NCBI GenBank assembly: GCA_964415175.1
Contig: CAYPYG010000007.1
Coordinates: 10,869-74,868 of the forward strand
DNA: 64,000 nucleotides
From: an uncultured Elusimicrobiaceae bacterium
Lineage (GTDB): Bacteria; Elusimicrobiota; Elusimicrobia; Elusimicrobiales; UBA9959
Reading direction: 5' to 3'
The notes beneath the pieces are model-generated. The model saw only the letters and a list, made by a program, of their open reading frames with translations. It did not search any database and was not told the origin of the DNA. This document shows, one piece after another, positions 1-8,016 of the stretch. Both the position numbers and the translations under genes were made by a program. The first letter of the stretch is position 1; each line of letters begins with the position of its first letter.

Positions 1-43
1 GATGTTCAAATACGCGGCGAAGGCGCCCGGGGAGGCCGCATGA
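1..43 (+). CDS. 3' end of an upstream CDS, probably cytochrome bd oxidase subunit I (cut by window edge)
   Basis: An open frame runs off the 5' edge and stops at TGA 41-43, overlapping the cydB ATG (ATGA junction) as is usual for cydA-cydB. Only 13 codons are visible, so the call rests on synteny. Confidence 0.35.
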   Translation, partial: MFKYAAKAPGEAA

Positions 44-1068
44 ACGGACTCAACGCCTTCTGGTTCCTGGCCTGGGGTCTGCTCTGGGCGGTATACCTTG
101 CGCTCGACGGCTTCGACTTCGGCGCCTGCATGGCCCACAACTTCCTGGCGCGCACGCCCGACGAAAAGCGCGTGGTCATAAACACGATAGGCCCCGTCTG
201 GGACGGCAACGAGGTCTGGCTGGTCACCGCCGGCGGCGTCACCTTCGCCGCCTTCCCGCCCGTCTACGCCGCGCTTTTCAGCGGCCTCTATGTCGCTATG
301 TTCCTGCTCCTGCTGTCTCTGATATTCAGGGGAGTGGCGTTCGAGTTCCGCGGCAAGGTGGAGGGGGCGGGCTGGACCCGTTTCTGGGACCTGGCCATAG
401 CCGCGGGCGGCTTCCTCCCCGCGCTGCTGCTGGGCGTCTTCTTCGGCAACCTCTTCCGCGGCTTCCCGCTGGAAGCGGGCATGATAAAGTCCTCGTTCTG
501 GGACCTGCTCAACCCCTACGCGCTGCTGACGGCGGTATTCTTCATGGTGGCCTTCCTGCATCACGGCCTGCTCTGGCTGGCGCTGCGCGCCGGCGGGCCG
601 CTGGCCGACAGGGCCGCCGCGGCCGCGGGCCGGGCCTGGTACCTGGTCGCGCTCCTGCTGCTGGCCTTCGTCGCGGCCTCGCGCTACGGCACGCCGCTCT
701 TCGAAAATTACGCAGTCAGACCGCTGCTCTACCTGCTGCCGCTGGCCGCCGCCGCGGGCCTGATCAGGGCCAAGCCCGGTTTTTCCGGTTCGCCCAGGGG
801 CGCTTTCGTCGGCTCCCTCGTCTTCATACTGGCGCTGGTCTTCACCGGCCTGGCCGGCATGTTCCCGGACCTGGTGCCGGCGCTGGGACAGCGCGGAGCG
901 GGACTTACCGCCTACAACTCCGCCTCGGGCCCTTACACGCTTAAAGTAATGACCGTCGTGGTCGGCGTATTCCTGCCGGCCGTCATCGCCTACCAGCTCT
1001 GGGTGTACAAGGTCTTCAGCCCGAAGATCACGACGGAGAACCTGAAAGACCTGGGGCATTATTACTGA
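40..1068 (+). CDS. cydB: cytochrome bd ubiquinol oxidase subunit II
   Basis: 342-aa polytopic membrane ORF. The N-terminus MNGLNAFWFLAWGLLWAVYLALDGFDFG and the overall pattern are typical of the CydB family. Confidence 0.9.
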   Translation: MNGLNAFWFLAWGLLWAVYLALDGFDFGACMAHNFLARTPDEKRVVINTIGPVWDGNEVWLVTAGGVTFAAFPPVYAALFSGLYVAMFLLLLSLIFRGVAFEFRGKVEGAGWTRFWDLAIAAGGFLPALLLGVFFGNLFRGFPLEAGMIKSSFWDLLNPYALLTAVFFMVAFLHHGLLWLALRAGGPLADRAAAAAGRAWYLVALLLLAFVAASRYGTPLFENYAVRPLLYLLPLAAAAGLIRAKPGFSGSPRGAFVGSLVFILALVFTGLAGMFPDLVPALGQRGAGLTAYNSASGPYTLKVMTVVVGVFLPAVIAYQLWVYKVFSPKITTENLKDLGHYY

Positions 1069-1069
1069 T

Positions 1070-2440
1070 ATGTTCAGGCCGTCAGACTTCAAAGGCAAAA
1101 GAGCCCTCGTCATAGGGGCGGGCCGGTCCGGCCTGGCGGCCGCGCGGCTGCTGGCGGGGAAAGGTTTCCGCGTGCTGCTCAGCGACTCGGCGCCGATGAA
1201 GGACCTGAAGCCGAAACTCAAGGACCTGCCCGGGTCCGTACAGATCGAGGCGGGGGGGCACAGCGACAGGATATTATCCTGCGGCTTCGCCGTCAAAAGC
1301 CCAGGCTTGCCTTCGCACGCGCCGGTATTCAAAAAGCTCCGGGCGGCGGGAGTACCCGTTTTCAGCGAAATAGAGACAGCTCTGGCTTTCTCCAAAGCGG
1401 GCAAGGTGCTGGCGGTCACCGGCACCAACGGCAAGACCACCACGACGGAACTGCTGGGCCTGCTGATGCAGTCGGCGGCGAAGCGGCGGGGGGCGCGCGC
1501 TTTCGTCTGCGGGAATCTCGGAATACCCGCCTCCGCCACGGCGCCCAAGGCCGGGCCGAAGGACGCGCTGGTCATGGAATTGTCCAGCTACCAGCTCGAG
1601 GACAGCTCCGCCCTCTCCCCTGACGCGGCCTGCGTGCTCAACATAACGCCCGACCACCTCGACCATCACGGCGGCCTGGCCGCCTATGCCGCGGCCAAGG
1701 CGAAGGTCTTCGCCGGCCAGCGCAAGTCCGCCGCCTGCGTTTTCAACTACGAGGACGCGGCCTGCCGCCGCCTCGCGCACCGCTGCCCTTCGAGAGCCCT
1801 GTTCTTCTCCTCCAACAGGTGCGGGGGAAAACTGAGCGCCTGGACCGGGGACGGCCGGCTGGCCTTCAGGACCGGCACCTTGTCCTTTACCGTCGAGCCG
1901 CCGCGCCTGCCCGGGCGGCACAACCTGGAGAACGCGATGTGCGCCGGGCTTATGGCGCTGTCCTGCGGCGCTGGCCCGGCGGACCTGCGGAAGGTCTTCG
2001 CCGCCTTCAGGGGCGTCGAGCACCGCATCGAGACCGCCCGTGTCCTGCGCGGCGTGACCTACATAAACGATTCCAAGGCGACCAACGTCGATTCGACGGC
2101 GACGGCGCTGCGCGCGCTGGCCGGGAAAAAGAACATCTGGCTCATACTCGGCGGCCTCGACAAGGGCGTGCCCTACGCCCCGCTGAAGCCGCTCATCAGG
2201 GCGTCGGTCAAAAAGGTCCTGACCATCGGCAAGGCGGCCCCGCTGATAGAGAAGCAGCTGCGCGGTACGGCGCCGATGGAGAGGACGGTCACGCTTGAAG
2301 CGGCCCTTGAAAAAGCGGCGGCGGCGGCGCGGACGGGGGACATAGTGCTTCTCTCGCCCGCCTGCGCCTCATTCGACCAGTTCCGGGATTTCGAGCACCG
2401 CGGGGCGGAATTCAAACGCCTGGCCGGGAGGCTGAAATGA
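1070..2440 (+). CDS. murD: UDP-N-acetylmuramoylalanine--D-glutamate ligase
   Basis: 456 aa with an N-terminal Rossmann motif GAGRSGLAAARLL, the Mur ligase P-loop VTGTNGKTTT, and C-terminal SPACASFDQFRDFEHRG. Starts 1 nt after the cydB stop. Confidence 0.92.
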   Translation: MFRPSDFKGKRALVIGAGRSGLAAARLLAGKGFRVLLSDSAPMKDLKPKLKDLPGSVQIEAGGHSDRILSCGFAVKSPGLPSHAPVFKKLRAAGVPVFSEIETALAFSKAGKVLAVTGTNGKTTTTELLGLLMQSAAKRRGARAFVCGNLGIPASATAPKAGPKDALVMELSSYQLEDSSALSPDAACVLNITPDHLDHHGGLAAYAAAKAKVFAGQRKSAACVFNYEDAACRRLAHRCPSRALFFSSNRCGGKLSAWTGDGRLAFRTGTLSFTVEPPRLPGRHNLENAMCAGLMALSCGAGPADLRKVFAAFRGVEHRIETARVLRGVTYINDSKATNVDSTATALRALAGKKNIWLILGGLDKGVPYAPLKPLIRASVKKVLTIGKAAPLIEKQLRGTAPMERTVTLEAALEKAAAAARTGDIVLLSPACASFDQFRDFEHRGAEFKRLAGRLK

Positions 2441-3600
2441 GACGGCGCTATTCGGCCGGGCGCGGGGGGAGAGGCGGCCCCGGTCCCTTCGCCGGACTTT
2501 TCACCTCGCGCAGCCTGCGCTACGCGGACTATCACTTCATGATCGCGGTGGCCGCGCTGCTCCTTATCGGCCTGGTCTCGCTCTATTCCGCCAGCGCCAT
2601 CTACGCCGAGAACAAGGGCCTCTCGTCCTTCTTCTTCGTGAAGCGCCAGCTCGTCTGGACCTTCGCCGGGCTGGCGGGCATGTGGGCGGTCATGAACCTG
2701 GAACTGGAGAAGTTCCGCAAGTTCATAAAGCCGCTCATGCTGGCCACGCTGGCCCTGCTGCTGGCCACGCTTTTCATGCCGCCGGTGGCCCATGTGCGCC
2801 GCTGGATACCGCTGGGCTTCATGAACCTGCAGGTCAGCGAATTCGCCAAGCTGGCCGTCGTGCTCTACCTGGCCGACCATTTCGACAAGAACATCAGCCG
2901 CATACTCAAGGACTGGCGGCAGCTGCTCCGGCCCCTGATCGTGACGCTGCTGGCCCTGGCGCTGATCGCCATGCAGCCCGACCTGGGCACGCCCGCGCTC
3001 ATCTTCGCCGTGGCGCTGACGATGCTGTTCTGCTCGGGCGTGAAACTGCGCTACATACTGGCGCCGCTGGGCTTCGGCCTGCTCGTCTTCATCGAGGAGC
3101 TCATACGCAAGCCCTACCGCATAGCCAGGTTCAGGAACTTCCTTTCGCCCTGGGACGACGCCTCGGGCACGGGCTACCAGCTGGTGCAGTCGCTGCTGGC
3201 CATAGGCTCGGGCGGCTGGTTCGGCGTAGGGCTCGGGGCCTCCAAGCTCAAGCTGATGTACCTGCCGGAGCCCCACACCGACTTCATCTTCCCCGTCGTC
3301 GCCGAGGAGCTCGGGCTGTTCGGGTCGCTGCTGATAGCGGGGCTCTTCGGCTACCTCCTGCTGCGCGGCCTCAGGCTGGCCCGCAACGCCACCACTTTCT
3401 TCTCGGCCATAGCCGCTTCGGGCATGGTGCTGGTCATCTGCCTGCAGGCCTTCTTCAACATGGCCATGACGCTGGGCCTGACGCCGACCAAGGGCATACC
3501 CCTGCCTTTCTTCTCCTACGGAGGCTCGTCGATGATCACCATGCTGCTGGCGGCGGGCTTCGTGCTCAACGTTTCGGCGCACAGGAAGGCCGTACTATGA
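2437..3600 (+). CDS. ftsW: SEDS-family cell division protein FtsW (peptidoglycan glycosyltransferase)
   Basis: 387-aa 10-TM-like protein with the motifs QPDLGT, SEFAKL and PTKGIPLPFFSYGGSS. ATGA overlap with murD, and lies between murD and murG. Confidence 0.88.
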   Translation: MRRRYSAGRGGRGGPGPFAGLFTSRSLRYADYHFMIAVAALLLIGLVSLYSASAIYAENKGLSSFFFVKRQLVWTFAGLAGMWAVMNLELEKFRKFIKPLMLATLALLLATLFMPPVAHVRRWIPLGFMNLQVSEFAKLAVVLYLADHFDKNISRILKDWRQLLRPLIVTLLALALIAMQPDLGTPALIFAVALTMLFCSGVKLRYILAPLGFGLLVFIEELIRKPYRIARFRNFLSPWDDASGTGYQLVQSLLAIGSGGWFGVGLGASKLKLMYLPEPHTDFIFPVVAEELGLFGSLLIAGLFGYLLLRGLRLARNATTFFSAIAASGMVLVICLQAFFNMAMTLGLTPTKGIPLPFFSYGGSSMITMLLAAGFVLNVSAHRKAVL

Positions 3601-4730
3601 ACATCGTGAAAAGGCGGCGCGCCCTGATAGCGGCCGGCGGGACCGGGGGCCATTTCTACCCCGGGCTGGCGCTGGGCCGGGAGCTGGCGCGGCGCGGCTG
3701 GCAGGTCCTTTTCCTCGTCAAGGAGGGGGACATCTCCGCCCCCGCCCTGGACGCGGAGGGCCTGCCTTACGCCGAAATACCGGCCGCGGCCCTGCCGCGC
3801 TCGCTCAACCCGCTGCGCCACCTGCGCTTCCTGGCCAAATTCTCCGCCGGGCTGCGCGGCGCCTGGCGGGTACTGGCCGACTATTCGCCCGACGCCGTCT
3901 TCGGCGCCGGCAGCTATGTCTCTTTCCCGGCGGTGCTGCTGGCCTGGCTGCGCGGCGTACCGCGGCTCATACACGAATCCAACGCCGTCTTCGGCCTGGG
4001 CAACCGCATAGCCGGCGCGGTCTGCCCCGCGGTGGCGCTGGGGCTGCCCGTAGAACGGGACCCTTTCGCCGGCAGGACGGTGCTGACCGGCACCCCGGTG
4101 CGCGGATTCATCCCGCCCAAGGTCTCCCGCGAAGAAGCGCGGGAGCGGCTGGGCCTGAAGCTCTCCGCGCCGGTGATAGCGGCCTTCGGCGGCAGCCAGG
4201 GCGCCGCGGCGCTCAATTCCGCGCTGGCGGCCGCCGCCGGAGAACTGAAAGCCGGCGGGCTCTCTTTCCAGGTGCTCCATGTCGCCGGCAAAGGCAACGC
4301 GGAAAAGACGCGGCTGGCCTATGCGGAGGCCGGACTCGCCGCCGACCCGGACTTAAAACTGCTCGATTACTGCGCGGAGATGGACCTGCTGTACGCCGCG
4401 GCCGACATAATAGTCTCGCGCTCCGGGGCCAGCACCGTCGCCGAACTGGCCGCCGTGCGCAAGCCCGCCGTCCTGGTGCCGCTGCCGACCTCGGCGGGTG
4501 GACATCAGGCCGCCAACGCCGCCGTTCTCTCCCGCGCCGGAGCCGCCGTCGGCCTGTCCCAGGGGCCGGACCTGCCGGCAGCGCTGGCCCGCGAACTGCG
4601 CCGCCTCCTCTCCGACGGGGGAGCCGCGGCCGCCATGTCGGCGGCCTATGGCGGGACCGGCGTGCCGGACCCGGCCGGGGCCGCGGCGGCGCTGGCCGAC
4701 CTCATCGAAGGCCGTAAATTTAGCGACTAA
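3597..4730 (+). CDS. murG: undecaprenyldiphospho-muramoylpentapeptide beta-N-acetylglucosaminyltransferase
   Basis: The ATG at 3597 overlaps the ftsW stop. N-terminus ALIAAGGTGGHFYPGLAL, and C-terminal SRSGASTVAELAAVRKPAVLVPLP and GHQAANA motifs. The long upstream part of ORF 2682-4730 is frame run-through. Confidence 0.9.
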   Translation: MNIVKRRRALIAAGGTGGHFYPGLALGRELARRGWQVLFLVKEGDISAPALDAEGLPYAEIPAAALPRSLNPLRHLRFLAKFSAGLRGAWRVLADYSPDAVFGAGSYVSFPAVLLAWLRGVPRLIHESNAVFGLGNRIAGAVCPAVALGLPVERDPFAGRTVLTGTPVRGFIPPKVSREEARERLGLKLSAPVIAAFGGSQGAAALNSALAAAAGELKAGGLSFQVLHVAGKGNAEKTRLAYAEAGLAADPDLKLLDYCAEMDLLYAAADIIVSRSGASTVAELAAVRKPAVLVPLPTSAGGHQAANAAVLSRAGAAVGLSQGPDLPAALARELRRLLSDGGAAAAMSAAYGGTGVPDPAGAAAALADLIEGRKFSD

Positions 4731-4745
4731 CTCCACGGAGGTGAC

Positions 4746-5861
4746 ATGGAAATAGAGAAAGGTGCCAAGTGGGTGAAATTCGACCTGATGGAGCGCTTCA
4801 TGCGCGACGTTTTCAAGGGCATAGGGGTCCCGGCGGCCGACGCGGCCGTCTGCGCCGAAGTCCTGATAACCGCCGACAAGCTGGGCATAGACTCGCACGG
4901 CGTTTCCCGCCTCAAGCCGATCTACTACGACCGGATAAAGCAGGGCATACAACTGGCGAAGACGAAGTTCGAGATAGTCAAGGACACGCCGACCACCGCC
5001 GTCATCGACGGCCACAACGGCATGGGCCACGTCATAGCCAAGCGCGCCATGGAGATAGCGATAAAGAAAGCGAAGCGGTACGGCCTCGGCATGACGGCCG
5101 TGCGCAACTCGACCCATTACGGCATCGCGGGCTATCACACTCTGCTGGCCGCGAAGGCCGGCATGATAGGGATAACCGGCACCAACGCCCGCCCGTCGGT
5201 CGCGCCGACCTTCGGCGTCGAGAACATGATGGGGACCAACCCGCTGACCTTCGCCCTGCCGACGGACGAGAAGTTCCCGTTCATGCTCGACTGCGCCACT
5301 TCCATAACGCAGCGCGGCAAGATCGAGGTCTACGCCAAGTTGGGCAAGCGGATGCCCAAGGGCTGGGTCATAGACGAGAAGGGGGGCAGCAAGACCGATT
5401 CGCGCGCCGTGCTGACCGACCTGATAAAGGGCACGGCGGCCCTCGCGCCGCTGGGCGGCGTCGGCGAGGACCTGGGCGGCTACAAGGGCTACGGCTACTG
5501 CGCCGTCGTAGAGATACTCTCGGCCGCGCTGCAGGACGGGGCCTACATGAAGCAGCTGCTGGGCTACGATAAAAAGGGCAACAAGGTCCCTTACCCGCTC
5601 GGCCATTTCTTCCTCGCCATCGACATCGGGCATTTCGTGCCGCTGGCCTCGTTCAAGCGCACGGCGGGGAACATCCTGCGCGAACTGCGCGCGTCGAAGA
5701 AGATGCCCGGGGCGAAGCGCATCTATACCGCCGGCGAGAAGGAATACCTCGCCTGGCAGTACCGGAAGAACAAGGGCGTTCCCGTCAATAAGGAGACCCA
5801 GCGGGAAGTCCTGGCGATGCGCGAGGAACTGGGGCTTGAACGCTACAAGTTCCCGTTCTGA
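4746..5861 (+). CDS. Ldh2-family malate/L-lactate/sulfolactate-type dehydrogenase
   Basis: 371 aa. GIDSHGVSRL, NSTHYGIAGYH and TNPLTFALP are motifs characteristic of the Ldh_2 family. SD GGAGGTG lies upstream. Confidence 0.8.
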   Translation: MEIEKGAKWVKFDLMERFMRDVFKGIGVPAADAAVCAEVLITADKLGIDSHGVSRLKPIYYDRIKQGIQLAKTKFEIVKDTPTTAVIDGHNGMGHVIAKRAMEIAIKKAKRYGLGMTAVRNSTHYGIAGYHTLLAAKAGMIGITGTNARPSVAPTFGVENMMGTNPLTFALPTDEKFPFMLDCATSITQRGKIEVYAKLGKRMPKGWVIDEKGGSKTDSRAVLTDLIKGTAALAPLGGVGEDLGGYKGYGYCAVVEILSAALQDGAYMKQLLGYDKKGNKVPYPLGHFFLAIDIGHFVPLASFKRTAGNILRELRASKKMPGAKRIYTAGEKEYLAWQYRKNKGVPVNKETQREVLAMREELGLERYKFPF

Positions 5862-5960
5862 CCGTTTCCGCGGGATTTTGTACAATTTGGTCCGGGACGT
5901 TCGTTCGGATCTTTCGCCGTCGTCCGCGCCGAAGCGGACCGATAAGACCTGTATCTGATC

Positions 5961-6836
5961 ATGGGCTATTCGAAAGCCGCTCTTCAACTGCTGGTAAGGG
6001 CATTCAAGGACAAGGAATGCTCGGGGAAGGTGCTTACATTCGGCAGGAACGGCGTGGACGCCGATCATGACGGTCTTCTCAGGATATTCCGGCGGGAGGG
6101 CCGCCCGCCCAGGGTACTGCCCGAATCCGAAGTGAAATACGATCCGCTCACCCAGTTCGGCAAGTCCATACATCAGGACGTTTTCTTCAAAATGCTGGGG
6201 TTCGACGAGATTCACAGCGTCGATTACTTCGATAACGAGAAGCCGACTTTCACTCTGGACCTGAACAAAAGGATACCGCGGGAACTGGAAGGGCAGTACG
6301 ACCTGGTCTCGGACGCGGGGACGCTGGAGCATTGCTTCGACGTCAAGGAGGTGCTGTTCAATACCGTAAGGTTATTGAAGCCCGGAGGCCATGTAGCCTT
6401 TTTCTCACCGATGTCCGGAATGGTCGACCACGGTTTCTACAGTTTTTCTCCGACGCTTTTCCGGGATTTTTTCAAGATCAACGGCTTTGACGGTATGCAT
6501 ATGAGCATACTGCGGGCTCGCGGGGGTTGTTTCAGGACCGCTAGACGCCGGTACGATTACACCCCCGGTACCGCGGAGGTCATAAGCGATCTGTTCGGGA
6601 AGAGCGACATATTCTTCACGGCCAGGAAAGCTGCGGCCGGCCCGGAACTATTAGTGCCGATACAGGGCTACTATATGACGCAGTTCGGCGATGAAAAGAG
6701 CAAAGCGGGGAAAACCCCCTGGAAAGAAGCGGTCAAACGCCTGCTGGGCCTGAAGCTGGCGTACTTCCTCTACAGGCTGTCGCTCTCGGTCAGACGCTTC
6801 GTCATACTGAATTTCCGTTTCGAGAGAATGCTCTAA
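5961..6836 (+). CDS. class I SAM-dependent methyltransferase-like protein (low-GC islet)
   Basis: 291 aa. DLVSDAGTLEHCFDVKEVLFNTVRLLKPGGHVAFFSP matches the post-I/II region of Methyltransf_11/23-type enzymes. Motif I is atypical (VLTFGRNG). Confidence 0.55.
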   Translation: MGYSKAALQLLVRAFKDKECSGKVLTFGRNGVDADHDGLLRIFRREGRPPRVLPESEVKYDPLTQFGKSIHQDVFFKMLGFDEIHSVDYFDNEKPTFTLDLNKRIPRELEGQYDLVSDAGTLEHCFDVKEVLFNTVRLLKPGGHVAFFSPMSGMVDHGFYSFSPTLFRDFFKINGFDGMHMSILRARGGCFRTARRRYDYTPGTAEVISDLFGKSDIFFTARKAAAGPELLVPIQGYYMTQFGDEKSKAGKTPWKEAVKRLLGLKLAYFLYRLSLSVRRFVILNFRFERML

Positions 6837-6878
6837 CGCCCGGACTCTCCGTTTTTTCAAGGGGGGGGGTGGACACAA

Positions 6879-7844
6879 ATGCAGGACATCAAGCCAAGCG
6901 TCGTACTCTACTCCGGCTTCCTGCTGGCCTTCACGGGCCTGGCGGGGATGTACAGCGGTTTCCAGCCGCTCGCGGTTTTTTCGGCCCCGCTGCTCTGGTG
7001 GGCTTACGTCGCGCTTTCCGACAGCCTTATTTTCTCGCTGAAAGGCGAATCCCTCATCATCACCCGTACCGACGATTTCATCTGGATGGCTTTCTGTTCC
7101 TGCGCCGTCTGGCTCGTCTTCGAGGCGGCGAATATCAGGCTGGGGCTCTGGAAGTATTCCGGGCTGCCTTATTCCCGGTCCTACAGGTGGGCCTGGTACT
7201 TTCTTTACGGCTCGGCCCTCCTGCCCGCCCTGCACCAGTCCGCGGCCTTTCTTCTGCCGGGAAAGGCGCGTTCCCCGCGCCCGGAGAAGCTCTGCCGCCC
7301 CTCCGGCGGGGCTTCCAGGGCGGCGCTCGCGGCGGGAACGGCTGCGATCCTGTTATCTTCGGCTTTCCCGTCCTTACTCTTCCCTCTGGCCGCGCCCGGA
7401 CTGCTGATAACGGCCGAATGGCTGGCCCTGAGAACGGGACTCCCTTCTCTCTGGAGAAGCCGGCTCTCCGGCGGGAGGAAAGGCGCCGCGGCTATCGCCG
7501 CCGCCGGACTGTTCTGCGGCATCGTGGGAGAGATCTGGAACCTGGCGGGCGGTCCTTCGCGGATATACGCGTTCCCTTTCGCCGACGGACCGGACCTGCT
7601 GGGAATGCCCCTTGCCGGTTACGCGTTCTTTCCTTTGCTGGCCCTGGCCGCCTTCCCGCTGCATTCGCTCTCCCTGGCGGCAAGGGGGGAGGGGCGGGAC
7701 CTGCTCGGGAACGAGAACAACCTCTCTTTAAATACGCCGTCCTGGCTCCCGCCCGCCGCATACCCGGCGCTTTTCCTCCTCTACTACGCCGCCTTCAGAC
7801 TGCTGGACGCCTTTTCCGTGGAAATGTTCCTGGGCTGGCTTTAA
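6879..7844 (+). CDS. polytopic integral membrane protein, function unknown
   Basis: 321 aa with several hydrophobic spans. Chosen over the overlapping Arg/Pro-rich frame 6869-7924. No family recognised. Confidence 0.5.
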   Translation: MQDIKPSVVLYSGFLLAFTGLAGMYSGFQPLAVFSAPLLWWAYVALSDSLIFSLKGESLIITRTDDFIWMAFCSCAVWLVFEAANIRLGLWKYSGLPYSRSYRWAWYFLYGSALLPALHQSAAFLLPGKARSPRPEKLCRPSGGASRAALAAGTAAILLSSAFPSLLFPLAAPGLLITAEWLALRTGLPSLWRSRLSGGRKGAAAIAAAGLFCGIVGEIWNLAGGPSRIYAFPFADGPDLLGMPLAGYAFFPLLALAAFPLHSLSLAARGEGRDLLGNENNLSLNTPSWLPPAAYPALFLLYYAAFRLLDAFSVEMFLGWL

Positions 7845-7923
7845 GACCGCCGGCCGCTCCGCCTCCAACGCCTCTCACGCTCGCCGGGATACTCCGGATG
7901 CTTGTATTACATTTTCTAATATA

Positions 7924-7971
7924 GGCCTTTGGACCTATTAAAAACCGGGACCTTTGGCCTTTGATTATAAT
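7924..7971 (+). promoter_or_regulatory. candidate promoter region: paired GGNCC-TTT-GGNCC motifs followed by a TATAAT -10
   Basis: GGCCTTTGGACC (7924-7935), GGACCTTTGGCC (7948-7959) and TATAAT (7966-7971), about 46 nt upstream of the SD-preceded ATG at 8017. Confidence 0.35.
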
Positions 7972-8016
7972 CAAGGGGAAGGGTACAAAGTATATGCAAC
8001 ACGATCCGGAGGCTTA

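Noticed and set aside
2682-3596. Long N-terminal extensions of ORFs containing murG (2682-), the radical SAM gene (24837-), asnS (-33405), tyrS (-38434) and the M23 peptidase (-60200)
   Set aside because: The extensions overlap the preceding real gene in another frame and are Arg/Pro/Gly-rich. In each case the conserved protein begins at an internal ATG positioned at or overlapping the upstream stop codon.
4353-6332. 659-aa ORF on the minus strand. The same applies to 2173-3582 (-), 21328-23136 (-), 28879-29718 (+), 39518-40888 (+), 47335-48879 (+) and similar ORFs.
   Set aside because: All overlap strongly supported genes on the opposite strand and translate to Arg/Gly/Pro/His-rich low-complexity sequence, so they are not reported as features.
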